A stretch of DNA of 64,000 nucleotides from the human T2T-CHM13v2.0 reference genome, Homo sapiens (GCF_009914755.1 NC_060925.1), one strand, 5' to 3'; counted from the stretch's first letter, positions 44,228 to 62,093 are shown. Numbers and translations are program-made. The notes: generated by a model not told the origin, from the sequence alone.

Positions 44228-45160
44228 TTTAAACAATCTCTGGAAGAAAAGAAATTTAAAAACAAAAGGCTTAAAATGTATTAATACCTCAATGTTAATA
44301 ATTTAATATTTTTCCCAAGTGATTGCACAATGCTTAAATACAATTAAACAAAAAAGATGCAATAAAGTATAATCCTGCAACATTATCCCATAATCTGATT
44401 TTAGTAAATATTACATTTTTAAGCATTTTATGCTGTTTTTTTAAATATAGTCACTACTATATGTACTTGCTTTTATGTTACATAAGCTTTTAATATATAA
44501 CTTAATCTCTGAGATGTTATTTGGTTGAGAGGCCTCAGTTGATTAAACACAGATTTTCTTATTATAAAATCAGAAATAATAGTACTTGCTTGTAATAAAC
44601 GGAAAGGTTAACATTCATAAGATTCATAATCTTTGAGCAGTTACGTATACGCAAAATAATTACTGTAATTAATCTTAGATGATAGTCCCTGGTTTGAGAA
44701 AAAGTTTGGTTTGACATTTAGTAATTAAGCCTTATTGCATGATACTTCCTTGACTCAGCAAAGCCACATATAATATAAATCAAGTGTAGAGGACTTTGGT
44801 TTTTAAATGTTAAAAATATAATTGGAGCAGATAGGTACCTAAAATATGCTCTTATAATAGGAATTAAAAGCCATTTAGTAAGTCCACATTCATTTCCTAT
44901 TTGATTGCTAAATATTTAAGAGTTTTTCAGTTATGGCCTGTCTCACAGAGGAAGTATGATTATCTAAATACGTACTTTTTTTTTTAAATAAAGGAATTGC
45001 TTGCTCAACTCAGTGCTTTCTGTAAAACATTGCAAAATTGTGCGCATCTGCAAGTTAAAACCATGACATATAGCAGGCTAAAATTGAACAGAATTTGATT
45101 GCAGACCTGAAGCTGATTTTCTCAGTTTTGCTACCAAAAACATATCTTGCTGGAGTATGC

Positions 45161-45316
<156 letters not shown>

Positions 45317-46426
45317 TTATCAGAAGTAAATTAGGCAATATTGAGTTTTTAAAAGCCCAAGCTATAGATTGAATGTCATTGAAATAATATAGGAGGTATT
45401 ACATTGACAAATATAGAAAACCATATGACCTGACTTCTTTTTCTGACTCTTGTACCACCTGGCATGAGACCACCTAAAGAGGTCTTTTAAACTCTTTATG
45501 TACCCTACCTACACTGTAAGCTCTAAGAAGGGAGAGTCTTGTCTGTCTTGCTCACTGCTATATCTCAATATTCTATGACAATGACTACAGCGTAGTAGGT
45601 ACTCATTAAATACTCACTGAATAAATGGATCTGTTCTTATCTGTAACATACAAATATAGCACCTGCTGTACATACTGTAAAAACTGTGATGATCACATGA
45701 AAAGTGTGTATTAAAAGACTTTGAAAGCAGTAAGATATATCATATGTATGGTTTCTAAGATCGATCTGGAAGCTGACTTCCTTCGAACAAAATGAGAACA
45801 AATCTTTTACAGCTTCGACTGGATATATAAAATCATTTAGTGTGAAATGGCTCCACAATTCTTTATCTCATTTCTCTTAGTTTTCCATATTTTAATCCCA
45901 TAGAGTGTAATCTATCTCCCTGTCCCAGCTGAGAAGCAGTTAACTAACACTGCTGATTTGTAATTTGAGTTGCTGTATCTGAGTTGCTGGTGTGGCTCTG
46001 GGTCTTTTTTCAAGCCCTAGCTTACCGAAAGAACAAATGAAAACTATTCACAGACCTGCCTTCTCATTCTCTTGTATCTGCTATAATACTTAGCTTCCCT
46101 TCTTAGAATTGCTATTTTTTTAGAAATATGTCTTCGTCAGGGAAGGCAAAAACCTGGAATTCATGTTGCCATTTTTTCTTCCTTCTCTCCCTCATCTAGA
46201 GCAGACATTGATGCTCCATCGTGACACCAAATGGTGCTTTGACATTTTTTTCTACTGGTAATCAACAAGACCTGATCAAAAGATGAAAATTCTTTTCAAA
46301 TAGTTTTAATTCTTCAGTACTGCTCTATTTATAGTATTAAGGATCGTTTTTGAGTATTACGGAATAATCAACCTTACTCCTTTCCTAACGAACTAACATA
46401 CAGAACTGCAGTAAGAAGAGTATTCA

Positions 46427-46585
<159 letters not shown>

Positions 46586-46648
46586 TCAAGCAATCAGTCA
46601 ATATGCTTTACTTGACTAGCATATACTCAAAGCACTGTTCAAATATTA

Positions 46649-46819
<171 letters not shown>

Positions 46820-46844
46820 TCACTCCTGTGTGAAGTTTTCTCTA

Positions 46845-46970
<126 letters not shown>

Positions 46971-47559
46971 CTAGGAGAGAAGATAACAGAAACCTCAGTG
47001 AGCAGGAAAGAATTCAAACAGCCAGAAATGCAGAGTTCTTAAGTCTTGGCTCCTAAGTTCTTTTTTAGGTCAACATGCAGGGAGGAACTGCAGGAAGCTA
47101 TAGATGAGGGACCCTGGGACGCGACTGGGCAAGCTATCTGTGCCTGTGTCAGTCACTGGCTATGTATCACTGGGAAAGTCACATAACCTCTTAGGCCATC
47201 AATTTTCTCTTCAGTAAAATGAGACCATCCTTGAAGAAAATTTAGGGCTCCAAAGAAAGGCCTCTGAAAAACAAAAAAACAAAAACCAAACAAAAATCTC
47301 AAAACCAATAATAATAATAATTAATGTTTTTCTGCAGAACAACAAAGACTTCGACTGCCTGAGGGATGAAAGAATGTATATTTCGTTCACACGTAGAATA
47401 TGTTTTGATTTTGCTTGAAAAAAAAAATCCTTACAGTTATGTTGACAAAAAGAAAAAAAAAAAACGCTGGACCATATGTTTCCTAAGATCTCTTGTCACA
47501 CACACATGATTTTTCTGATTATTTTATGAAATACCATGAGATTTTTCTAACATATCTAC

Positions 47560-49475
47560 TTATTAATAATTTCATCAAATACTTGATTACATATTTTATT
47601 CTAGACTCTATTCTTGGCATTCAGGATGTTTTGGAGAGTGAAGTCCCTGTCCTCATGAAGCCTACATTCTAGTTCAAGGAGATATACAATAAATATAATT
47701 AATAAATTTTATAATATACCACAAATGTGGGGGAAAAATAGAATAGAGGAAAAAAGATCAGAAACGTGAAGGGTAAGCGGTTAAAATTTGAATAGATGGT
47801 TCGGGTAGGTCTCTTTGAACAGGTGGCAGAGGAGACAAAACTCTTAGAAGATGAGAGAATTAGCAATGCAGATATCTGGGGAAGAGTGTTCACGCTAAGA
47901 GAACAAATTGTGCAAAGGCCTGAGGGAGGAGGATGCTGAGTGTGTTTGAGGAGCATCAAAGAGTCCAGTGTGGATTCTATCAACTGAGCTAGGGGAGAGA
48001 ATAAGAAAGGAAGGTGGGGAGGTCACGAGCCAGGCTGTACAAAGCCTCGTAGGTCATTATGAGGACTTGATCTTTCTCTGTGAGTGAGTGATGGGAAGCC
48101 ATTGGAGGGTTTTCAGCACAGGAGTGAGATGCTATGATTTATTTTTAGGGTAGCCTTGTTAGTAGGGAGGATCCAAGAGTGGAATCAGGGAAACCAGTTT
48201 GTCTTGTAGTAGTCTAGTTGAAAGAAAACAATGGTTCACACTAGGCCAGTAGCATTGCAGTCAGTGAGAAGTGGAAGAAGTGGAGGACAGAGTCAAGAAG
48301 ATTTCCTGTTAAATAGGATATGGGACGAGGAAGAGGCATGAAAGTAAGAGAGGCATCAAGCATAACACCAAGGTGTTTGACCTGTACAATGTTGATGTCA
48401 CAACAAAGATAGGAACTACAGGTGGAGTAAATTTTTGGTGGGGGAAGATGAGAAGTTCAAGTCTTGTCTTATTAGACTTGAGATGTCTATTGGGCATCCA
48501 AATGCAGATGTGGAGCTGGCGCTAGCAGGTAAGAACCTTGAGTTTAAGAGAAAGCTAAAAATGTAAATGAATAAGGCATGAATATTTAACAACGAGTGAG
48601 TGTATAAATGGAAGATAGGGGAACCAAGGCCCTCCAACAAGACGAGGAATGAGAAGGTAGCTGGTTGGGGCAAAAATGTCAAGAGAAGGATTTTGTAAGA
48701 GCCTGACAAAAATGATCCATCGAAAAGGGTAGGAGAGTGGTGATCTAGGAAAGATGGGGAGAATTGGGAGAGTGATTTCCCTGAGAATGTGAAGGAGGAT
48801 GAAAGAGATCAGCTCTGGATAGGAAGATGGATAATTCAGTATATGAGTACAGATGCTGGTGGGTGGGTAGATGTGCTGGCAAGTCTATGGTTCCTTTCTG
48901 ATTTCTTTCATTTGTTTCAGAGAAAAAGAAAACATAGCCATCAGCTGCATCTGAGTGTGGAGGCGGGAAGTGGGAGGTGGTAAAAGTTTAAAGAGAGGAG
49001 GGTGTGGAATATTTAACTAGCAAAGTGAGAGAGTAAGTGAAGCCGGGAAATGTAGCAGAAAGATTTGTGGTCATGCATCTAAAATGGAACCAATTAACAT
49101 GATTGTGTGTTGTCTGCACTTAGTTCAGCCTCAGAGGTATAAGCATGGAGGGGGTGGAGAGCTGAATTTAACTAGGGTTGTGATTTTGACAAATGACTTT
49201 GATAAGGTAAGAAAGAGGCAAGGGAAAGGAAGGTCTACATGAGAAAGTGTTTGTAATTATTGACTGTAAAGCTTAAATTGAGTGAGGAGAGAAGGTAAAT
49301 CCTCAACGTAGTGAGAGAGAGTGAGAAAGTACTGTGTTCAATGGATTGGAAGTTCCTGGTGAAAATTGCAGTAGGGCAAGTGATGTTGAAAGATAAAAGG
49401 TCAGAGTGGGTCATGCATGAAACAGATTATGGAAGGAGTATAGTCTTAAGTAGTGGCAAAGTCGAGGGCATGAGG

Positions 49476-49531
<56 letters not shown>

Positions 49532-49950
49532 TCACTTGGCTATATGATTAGATAAAATGAGATGAAAACTTAGGGAATTTTAAGGGTGAATAGAGGGAAC
49601 AATGATCTGAAAGCAGCAAAGAAGAAGGACCTCTACCCCAACTCCAGGCCAAGTGGTAAAAGGGCTGTACCCTGTACAGAGGAGAAACTGATTCCCCTGG
49701 AAATTACTGTTGGGGAGACCAGTGTCCTTAGGGGAGAGAGCCAGATTTTGGTTAAAAAAGGAGGTTGAAGGCAACATTCTAAGAAGAGAAGACAGGAGAT
49801 TTTTTCTGGTGGTGGACTAAGAATTAAAAGTAAATAGTGGAAGATTTTCAGAATAGGGAAAGGATGGGAGGTGGGAGCCAATAGAGGAGAAGATTCTGCA
49901 AGATTTTGTGAAATAAGGGACTCGAGGTACTTAGTGGTGATGCTGGGAAG
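47560..49950. mobile_element. Degraded L2 fragments in RPE65 intron 10
   Basis: Purine-rich L2-like text (GGGAAGCCATTGGAGGGTTTT, TTGAGATGTCTATTGGGCATCCAA). Confidence 0.6.
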
Positions 49951-51785
49951 AAGCGAGGGGTGTGCACATGTATGCATATTTATGTACATGCATACAATAA
50001 GTACAAATGTCTATGTCTATGTTTAATATATTATTTATGTGGTTTCAAGTTGAATTTTTTACTTTGTTCTATTTTGCTTATTTTCATTGTTAAATTAGAT
50101 TTCCTGTTTGTTTGTTTGTTTGTTTGTTTCTTGAGATGGAGTCTTGTTCTGTTTTGTTTGTTTGTTTGTTGAGATGGGGTCTTGTTCTTTTCCTCAGGCT
50201 GGACTGCAATGGCATGTAGCTCACTGTAACTTTGAACTCCTGGACTCAAGCAATCCTCCTGCCTCAGTCTTCCAAGTAACTGGGACCTAAGCCCTTTCTA
50301 TTTTTCTCTTCATTGCCAAACTTTTAAGAGTGTGCACGCAGTAACTGCTTTCCAGATACTCAACTGCTTACCTTAAGAGCCCTGAAGCCTGACTTCTGTC
50401 TCTCTCACTCTATTCCCTTAGAGATCACCAAACCTAGTGCTTTATTCTTAGTCTTCACCCTTTTCAACTTGTCTATGGCAATGGGCACCGTATAACCCTC
50501 ACCTGCACTCATCTTTGTGACGTTACTCTCTCTTAGTAGGAACTAGGGCTTTCTGGTGGCTCTTGTTTCTTTTTCTGGCTTCTCTTGTTTCTTTTTCTGG
50601 CTTCTCTTGTTTCTACCATTTTCTACACATGTTTATTTTCTGGAGCTACTGTGCTTGGCTGTCTTCTCTCTCTGTATTCTCTGGCTCTCAAATTCTTTAT
50701 TTTTTAAATAAGCAAATTTTAAATGTTTCTTTTGGAAAACCTAATCTAAAATATGATTTCCCCCCCTGCCTGCAGTCTTATCTCTCTATTCTTACATATT
50801 TCATTATCATTTCAATACCATTAATTATGGGCTTTTCTTTTGTGTAAAAACCTTCACTGTCTTTCCATTACCAGTTCAATAAAGTGCAAATTTCTTAGCC
50901 TGGCCTTAAAGCCTTCTAAGAGTACAACGTACTTTTATAACTTTTTATCCCATTTACTTTACTACTTTTGCCTATGTTTCAACCAATTATAATAGCCAAT
51001 TCTCTCTGCGTATCTCCCTCTCCACCTATCTGTCTTTCCTCAAACTGTTCTTTCTGTCTTCAGTTGTTCTGCCTCAATCCCATCTCCACCTGCCATATTA
51101 CTGCCCATTGCAAATAACTATGTTCCATTAATCTCCCCTACATTATCATCTGACTAGCTATTAACAAATCAATTTATCCCTCCTGAGAGTACTACTCCTG
51201 TGCTGACATGCATGGCTATTCCTGATTCGGCTTCTTTCTCTCTGATACACTAGGTAACGGGCTCCATGAGAACTAGAAGTGTATTTTATGTACCCACTGC
51301 AACAAATAGTATGATGCCTGTTTTAGTGGCTACTCAATAACTATTAGAAGAAAGAGGAGACGGATTTGATGATGTTAGACATTTTTTATGATTATTACAG
51401 TTCCCTATTCTATAATTGGGTAATATTTCTTCAGGCCGTGATAACCATACAGTTAGAAAAATCCTTCTTTTTTCTTTATTTTGCAATGTGAATATTTAAG
51501 TTAAGTGATCCTCTTTTATTTCCTTAAAGATGATTGTGATTTTTACCATTATTAGCGAAGTAAGAGTTTACTGAAATTAACTGACTCATCCATTTGGTGA
51601 GTATTTTGGGAATGCTCAACTACATGTCAGTGATATGCTTCTTAAGGGGAAAGCAAAAATCCTTAAGGTACCCAGATTGATCTCTCTCCATGATCTTTCT
51701 TTGGAGCTCCAGATCCATGTACAGCAGCTGCCTATGGAATGCTTTGCTAAGATTGCTAGTGGGTACTTTCAAATTACATCTATAA

Positions 51786-52270
<485 letters not shown>

Positions 52271-53487
52271 TAATTAGATACCAACTGCTGTTGATTTTGC
52301 TGCCTAAATATTTCTCAGCTTTGCATCTTCATCTCTCAGTCACCATTTTCTTAACTCAACTACTTATTCCCTTTTATTTGCCTCATTGCATTAATCCTGT
52401 AATAGGGCTTCTAGCCTCTGCTCTAGACTCTCCACTTTCCAGTCTGTCTTCCATGATGCTGCCAGAGTAACTTTCTGAATCACAGATCTAATCATGTCCT
52501 AAAATACACTTAAAATACACATTTAAAATACTTAAATGGCTCCCTATATTTATATAACACTCAAAGGCTTATATAGCCCATTACAATATTGCTCCAACCT
52601 ATCTTTCCAGTCTCTCTGCCCAAAACCCATCTCCCCTACACCCCTAAATAAACCAAACTCAGCAACTACTTCATATTTATAGATGAAATCTTGCATTTTT
52701 AACTCCTCCTTGCCTTTATAGACGCCCCTTTGCCTGTCTGTAACACTCAACCTCAACCTTCTCCCTCTTTCTCATTCTTCATAGAGCTTACAAACTTGCT
52801 TAAGAGCAGTGGTGTTTGGTTCTAAATTGAGTTTATTTTCTACTACACCATATCTAAGCCTTTGGTACAAAGTTTTACATTCCATGTAGCTGTTTTAATA
52901 ACCCCTTTTGTGCAACCAGGGAGCAAATAGATATAAAAGAAAGCATATATTCACATACCTATATGTGAGAATTATATTTTATTGATTTTGACTGGTATTT
53001 CCATCACACTACAAATTCTAGATGTTACTCTGGTTATTCTAAAAAGACAGTCTCTAAATACAGGGAAGAAAAAGTAGAAATAAAGAGATGACTGTCTATT
53101 GTTAGTAATGATTTTTAACCTCTAGTGATATTTTTCAGAAGATTTATAGAAAACCAAAATAATGAACTGGTTTCCCTACAAGAGTACTTTTTGATGCTTC
53201 ATCTCTCCAGAACTTCAAATTATTTAAACTATTTATATTATTGATAAAGTATCATAGGAATCAGTGGATCTGCACTATTCACCGAGGAAGTATATTTTAA
53301 AGACAATTTTGTAAATACAAGAACGGCAGATTTAGAATTTAAAAACCTGGTTCTTATCCTGGCTCTGCTGCAGTTGCTTTTGCTAAGTCACAGTACTCTT
53401 CTGAGCTTTAGTTTCATTTGTAAAATGAAGGAAGTTTAATTAGCCTATTTTTAAAGCTCCTTCTAGCTCTCAAATTTCAAGACTTTA

Positions 53488-53772
<285 letters not shown>

Positions 53773-54325
53773 TTAAGCACAAGTGCCTGCCTGTTCTTTA
53801 TTCCACAACCCAGAAACTGCTATTGAGCCAGGTGTATCAGAGCCATTTCCTCCCGCCCACACAGGATGAAAATAAAGCAACCTGCTTAATGGATTTGTTT
53901 AAGTAACAGCAGCCTTGAGATACTTTCTGTTCTGTCTTCCTGTCACCATTCTGTTTGTGTCCTTAGGTGCTGTTGTCTTCTTAGTGATTTGGCTAGTCTG
54001 AAAAACGCATGTCTTTTTCTCCCTTCGCAGAGAAGATGGGGCTCAAGTTTCCCCAGGGATTTTGTCAACTTTAAGTTCACCTCTCAGGTCACAGAATCTT
54101 TTGTTTTCAGGTGGGGTTCGTGGACCCGATTAGTTTTCAATCATTAATCATAGTTTTGATGTTCAGATTACCTAAACTTCCTACTGCTTTTCCAATTACA
54201 TTTTTGACTCTCACATAACTCTTGCTGTTTTAGATGTGATTCAGATTGAGTGCAGCAGCTCTGTAAAAACCCCGTAATTTCCAGGAACAATGGGAGGTGT
54301 CCCATTTGTCCAGTGTCCTTTCTTA

Positions 54326-54752
<427 letters not shown>

Positions 54753-54944
54753 TCAAGCCACAGACAAATTTGTATATATGTGGTATGCTCAGTTACAAGA
54801 ATCAACAGTGCCTACATGAAATTAATTATGTTTAAATTTAGTTTTCTGCAAAAAAATATTGTGATCAGGATTGGTATCAAAGGTAGGCAAAGCAAATCTT
54901 TAAACTTGAGTTTTCCTGAAGATTCATAGCAGGCCTTCAAGTTA

Positions 54945-55043
<99 letters not shown>

Positions 55044-55462
55044 TTAAAAGGCTTTGGAAGAGCCTCTTATTTTTTTTTTAATACAAAGCATTTAGAACAG
55101 CTTATACAGGCAAAGAAACACATTTTGATTGTTTTAGAGGGGTTATTTTCATTTTCTCCATCATTTGCACTTCTTAGTGAAATTTCATGTGAAGCTGCAA
55201 AATCACCCAGGAAAATCCAAATAGCAGCAGATTTGGAAACGTGCACTCAAATAGGGTTGTGGCAAGTGGAGTGTAGTGGAGTCACATCTTGCAATAGCTG
55301 GAGGTGGGTTTTAAGTCAGGGGAGTAGGGAAGAAACCTCAGAATGGTCAAAATGCCTTTTGCAACATCTTAAGATGCCCAAAGGATATAGTTTAGATGGG
55401 TTTGTGTCAATAGCCCTGTACAGTAATTCTTATGCACATTAAAATTTACTCACTAGTAAGTG

Positions 55463-55640
55463 AATGGTCCTCAAACTTTAGTGTGCATCAGAATCACATA
55501 AAGAGTTTCTTAAAATACTGATTGCAGGCTCCACTCCCAAAATTTCTCATTCAGTCTGCCCAGGACAAGGCTCAAGATTTGTATTTCTAACAGTTTCCTA
55601 GGTGATGGTCTTGGTCCAAGGACTACACTTTGAGAACTGT
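55463..55640. mobile_element. MER5A hAT relic
   Basis: CTCAAACTTTAGTGTGCATCAGAATCAC...ACACTTTGAGAAC inverted ends. Confidence 0.75.
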
Positions 55641-56237
55641 ACTAAATAATACTAAACAAAAATCTGTATACATTCAAATAATTCCATCATCAAGGTGGTG
55701 AACAATGAACCTGGCAATAAATGAAGAATGAATGGAGAATTCTAGGGTACACTCTTTTTGCTGTAGTTCTTTTTCTATAGTACTTCTATGAGATAACAGA
55801 TTTGTTTGTAGTTTTGGGAATTAAGCGCAACATATTTAGTACACTCTCATATATGTATGTATGCTATTATGCACACATACATGCTTATTTAATTTAATTT
55901 TGCCTAGCACATGAATAAGTGCTCAATAAATGTTTGCTAAGTTTGAATCCTAATTGTATATGATCAAATCCATATATATATATGTACTACATTTTTAATA
56001 TTCTAGAAGAGAACTTGGACACTTGCTTTCTATATTTTCAAGTCGTCATCCTTTGATATGATGCCCTTGGGCATTAGGCCCCTTATAGGGTAGGGATGAG
56101 GGCAGTACTTCTGAAGTCTGAGAGTAATTTAACTATGCACAAAATGCTATTCTGACATTCTTATCTTTCTCACAATACAGTAACTTTCTCACAATATAGA
56201 CACTTATTTTCAGAAGAGGACAGATTGGTAAACTCAC

Positions 56238-56385
56238 CTGCTTGCAGTGGTGGGATCTTTACAATGTTGTAGGCAATTGAAAAATTTTTTCCAAAGCAAT
56301 TACCAATATTGTAAACGGTTCCATCATTTTCAATGTGGGGGTGAGCAGTGGCCCCATTGACAGAGACATAGTTGCAAAGATCAAC
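56238..56385 (-). CDS. RPE65: RPE65 exon 6
   Basis: [49 protein letters not shown]; 148 nt; contains His180. Confidence 0.97.
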
Positions 56386-59300
56386 CTACGGAAGTAAAGT
56401 GAATGTCCTCCAGTTGAGAGAAGGAAGATACATTATACCTTTGTCCCTAGGTCTGAGGTCATCACTACCCCTTGAACTCTCATCCTAAGTGCACTTCTCT
56501 TTCTTCCCATCTCTCTGGATTCTACCCTCTTTCACCTTGAGTTCCCACCTTCATGCAGAACATAATGCCCCCTCATGTGTCTGAATCTGGAGTTACCTGT
56601 GACATCTCTTTATTTGATGTATACCATACAGTGCTCTGGTTAGTTACTTTTCTTTTAGCATATGCAGATTGACCTGAAACCATAAGTTTGAGTCCTCAGA
56701 CTTCTTTATACTCTTATTATTGTATTAGATTTAATTGTATAAGATTGCTAACATTTAATAATTGCTGATTTCCAAAAATGTCAATTTCGTATGGTACTAT
56801 GTAAATACCAACTATATGTCTTGCACATGGTACTGTATGAGTTTGGAACTGAAAGGGACTTCAAGCTTCATCTAGTATAGAAAGTCTTAATTTAAATAGA
56901 CTTTAGGAGAACCATGGATCTCTTTTAATTAAATATAAACATTTCTGGCAAAAGCATACAGCATTTAATTCAATTTTATGTCTCATAAGAAGTTTAGAAC
57001 TACAAATGTAACACAAATCTCTGTTTGCAGAAGGATAAATTGGGGTTCCAGAGAGATCAAGTGTCTTGTTTAAGGATAAAGAGCTAGATAAATCAGCACT
57101 AGATTTCCACCTGGGACCTACTTGGTAAAGAGTTATTGAATGAATAATTACTGGAATATATATTTATCTAACCAAAATTATTTCCAATTAATTAGGGAGA
57201 TTTTTTTAAAGCATAGGACATTTTAGCAACCTTATTTAAATAATAGGCAAGATATTCATTTATTCAGTCAATCATTTATCAAATACTCTGAGCTTTCACT
57301 ATGTGCCAGGCACTGTATCAGGGCTCAGGAGAGAGAAGATCTTTGCTTTCAAGAACTTCATTCTAGACCCGTGCTGTTCTATTAATACAGGACCACTAAT
57401 TTTTAGATAGAACTTCAAATTCAGCTCCTCAGTCACATTAGCCACATTTCAAGTGCTTAATAACACCAGGATAGCACAGTTATAGAGCATTTCCATTATT
57501 GCAGAAAGTTCTATTGGACAGCCCTGCATTAGACCAATAAGCCGGTGTAAAGCACTGTGAGTGTGCAATGGCATCGTAGAGAAGCGCCATCTAGCCCAGA
57601 CTGAGGGATGAGGCAGTTTTCCTGAGAAACATGACTCCAACTAATGTTTGAAAGGTGCGTGGAGTTAGCCAAGTGGAGCAGGATGACAGTGTATTCCAGG
57701 GAGTGGGAATCCTAATGTAAATGCATAGACTTGTGAAATAATGTGTGCTGTTTGGCCATTACTAGTCATTTAACCTGGCTGCCATGAAGGGCATGCGTAG
57801 AGGAGGCGAAATAAGAGTGGGCCAGCCACAAAGACCTTCGCTTGGACTTTATTTGGGAAGTTATGGATTCCCTAGGTGGAGTAATACTTTCATATTTATA
57901 TTTTAAAAAATTGCTACTGCTGCCTTAAATAAATTGTATTTAAGGGAATCAGGCTGGAGGCAAAGGCACTGGTTAATAACAGTAAACAATCAAAAATTTC
58001 ACATTTTTAAAATTACATTTTACAGTGCTAGTAACAGTGGAACCTGACTCCTAATAAAGTCTATTCTGCAGCCATACCATAGCTTCTATATTTCTAATTA
58101 AAATATCATGTAATTGTAATACAGATTCCCTATCAAAGTCAAATGAATGATTTAGAAACTCAGCTTTTGTTCTTCTCTAAAGGAGCTACACACACACTTG
58201 TATATGGTTACACACACACAACATAAACAAGAAAGAGCTATGGGGAGTGTATGTTAAGACATAGTAAATAGTCTGTTGAGAATTATAGATCAGCTTGTGC
58301 TATTGAGACTCAATGTTGAGACTATTTTTTTTCTTCTTATTTTTACCAGTACTGCATTTGTGGTTCTGGCTTTTAGTTTCACCTCTTGGTCTCCCAGCTA
58401 TACTGTATCTCTTTTGCCTTCCCGTACAGCCCACACATGGCTCCCCAAATAAACATCTGAAAATATAGCCCTACTCATACTACTTCTTTGAGCAAAAACT
58501 TTCAGTAGCTTCCCATTAGCTAAACAACATATTCCAAATGTATAGCCAATTATTCAAGCTTTTAATTTCATCCTACCCTGTGTCTCAATATTCCCCTTGA
58601 CATTAACTACTCTAGGCAACTAGTTCTCAACTGGGAGTGTTATTGCCCCCTAGGGGAAGATACGGAAATGTCAGGAGCGTTTTGGGTTTGTATAATGATT
58701 GAAAACATGACTGGTGTTTAGTGGATGAGGCCAGGGATGCCAAACCTCTCCCATGTGTGGGACGTCTCCATGATGATGAGTCACCCCCTGCCTAATGTCA
58801 TACTAATACCTCCACTGAGAAATGCTGCAAGTCTAGTCCAAGGAGATTATTCTCCAGTTTTCATGAACACCTTCTACCTCCATGCTTTTGATCGCTTTAC
58901 CCCCTCCATCTAGCATATCCTTTCTCTAAATTCACTGAAATCATCCCTCTCTTTTAACTTCCAGCCCAAAGCCTTTCCCTTTAAGCCTTCTTTCACCTGT
59001 CCCACCTTGCATTGCCAACTACTTCCAGAAGTAATTCCTTTCGTATTTATGCTTTCTTAAAAGATTTTCCTTCTTAAAAGACTCGTCATATTCTTTGTCC
59101 TATTACAGTTACATATTTGATTTCTCCACCTAGACATTAAGTCACCTGAAGACAAGAACAATGCCTTGTAAATAGGTGTATCTTAGTAAATATTGGTTCA
59201 AAATGTGTATCTAAGGACTGCTGCATTGAGATTCCCTAAGTTCTCCATAAAATTTGTCACTTCCAAATATTGCTGAAATTTTGTTCTATGCTATTTCATT

Positions 59301-59752
59301 CAAGATATAGCTTTATTTCTAATAAGAAGTATCTATAAGAAGGGGCAAATTAGTGCAACATACTTGCCTAGAACCATAAATAGCATGATTTTCAGTATCA
59401 GTAGCTATAATTTTTTGAGCACCCAGTATTTACCAGGTTCATGCTAGCTTATAAAAGCTATGAAAGGCAGGGACCATGTTACCCTACTCATTGATCTATC
59501 CCTTGCATCTAGCATAAATTCTGAATATGGAAAGCACTTGATAAGTATTTGTGTCATGAATGAATGAATGAATATGTTAGGCATTTTATATGGGTTCTCT
59601 CCAATCCATGTAAGTGTTTAAAATTTTAGAGATGAAGAAACAATGTTTGTCCTATGTCAAATAGCTAGTCATTGTTGACAATGCTAGGATTTGAAACTTA
59701 ATGTGGCTCTCATGTTCTTTTCACCAAATTACACCAATTGCAGGAAAGCATC

Positions 59753-59845
59753 ATAGACAGAGGCAATCAGTGCAGTCCATTTGGAGCTTGGAATGGTCAT
59801 TCTGTGTGTCCTCATCAAGTTAGAATCATACATTCGCAGCATGAA
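59753..59845. repeat. 93-bp direct repeat, copy in RPE65 intron 5
   Basis: Ungapped match to 60298-60390; 78/93 identical by manual count. Confidence 0.9.
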
Positions 59846-59897
59846 TAATTTATGTTGAATTAATTTTAAGTTCCAAATTCTAAATTCCTGAACATCA

Positions 59898-60152
<255 letters not shown>

Positions 60153-60160
60153 TCAGTAAC

Positions 60161-60268
60161 CTGGAAAATATATTCTTGCAGGGATCTGGGAAAGCACAGG
60201 TGCCAAATTCTGTTATGACGATCCTTTTCTCAGTCATTGCCCGTACGTAAGCATCAGTGCGGATGAAC
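60161..60268 (-). CDS. RPE65: RPE65 exon 4
   Basis: [35 protein letters not shown] (PDPCK motif); 108 nt. Confidence 0.97.
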
Positions 60269-60297
60269 CTGAAGGACATTGAAACATAGGGAAGAGT

Positions 60298-60390
60298 ATA
60301 GACAGGAGCAATCCGTACAGCCCATGTGGAGCTTAGAATGGCCATTCTATGTGTCCTCATCAAGTCACAATCATAAATGCACAACATGAA
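60298..60390. repeat. 93-bp direct repeat, copy in RPE65 intron 3
   Basis: Partner of 59753-59845; contains the perfect palindrome TAGAATGGCCATTCTA at 60334-60349. Confidence 0.9.
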
Positions 60391-60894
60391 GAATAAAGGG
60401 TTTTATTAGCTCACTTTCTTGGGGTGACCAAGCAGGGCAGACACAATGTCCCTTGAGTTTACGTTTTTATCTTTTAAACCTCACAGATGAGGAAATTGAG
60501 GTTCAGAGGAGTTAAGTGATTGGCATATGTGGCCAAGCTGGGTTAGAATCCTAGTTGGCCAGAGCAGGACAACATGAACTTTCTATATCACACCATGCAG
60601 CCCTGGGGGAAGTTCACATAGGACCCCCACCCCCATCACCTATAACCTATCAACCTAAACTTACTGGGAAAATTCCGGACATGGTGTGCTGAATTATATT
60701 CTTCTCAATCTCCCTCTGTTACTTTTATGTTTTTCTTCAATTTTAACATTTATTTTGTTTTAAAAATTAAGTATTCTTGAATTCCATCTCTTGCCTAGAC
60801 AGGTCTGCTAAACCATATCTTAGAGTAGACAGCATACTTTGCCCAGGATTTCTGATATGGAGAGCCAGTTAAAATCTGATTTTGTACTTTTAAT

Positions 60895-61210
<316 letters not shown>

Positions 61211-62093
61211 TGAAGAAGAAAGAGTACCCTGCTCTGTCGAAGGTATAGGAAGCTTTATCTGAACTCCACAGTAAGCTCTTATGGCTACATTTCTGCTTGA
61301 CATCATCCGTTTCTCTTCTATTATCATGCAAGTTGTCCTGCTTCAAGTCCCCTTTCACTTTTTCTTTACAGGTCTTTTCAAAATGCCTGAAATCTGTGGT
61401 GATCAACAAAGCCACTAATAGGCTTGAACACGAAAGCAGAAGACAAAGTATTTGTTAATACTTCATTAATGGGGGTTTCCTGGAATGATGATTTAGGGCT
61501 TCAAGGCTTTTTAGCAATAATCTCTTGTTTTCAGAAAACTTCTCTTTCTGGTAGCACTATGACATGTTTCATCCTTCACTACTTTGTGGCAGCCCCCGAC
61601 CCCTTTCCCAGTGGCCTTTCCAATTTTATAAAAAGAAAAAGGAATCAAGATGGCCAATGGTTTAATAATAATAACAAGCATCACAATAGCTATTATTATG
61701 AAGTGCTTTGTGTGTGCTAGACACTGCGCTCTCATTTAATGCTTGTAATGAATATATAAGGTAGATTCTATTATTTCTCCCATTTTACTAATTATAAAAC
61801 CAAGAATTGGAGGTCAACATCTTGCCAAGGTTACCCTCCTAGGCAAGTCATGTCTGTTGAATACAGGGTTTAAAGCCACTCATGTTGGACCCCAAAGCCC
61901 TAGGCTTTAGCTTCTCCTTTATTCCATGATAATGTTCCCTCGTATCCATGCAGACACACTGGCCCAGGTACATTGTGAGAAGAAAGTGGGTATATAGGTT
62001 GCCTCCTGAGTTCAGAGGTGAAAACTCACATGGGAGGAGGAGCCAAGCTAGGCCCTACTTTGAGGAGGAGGAGTGGCATGGAGTGCTGCTTTA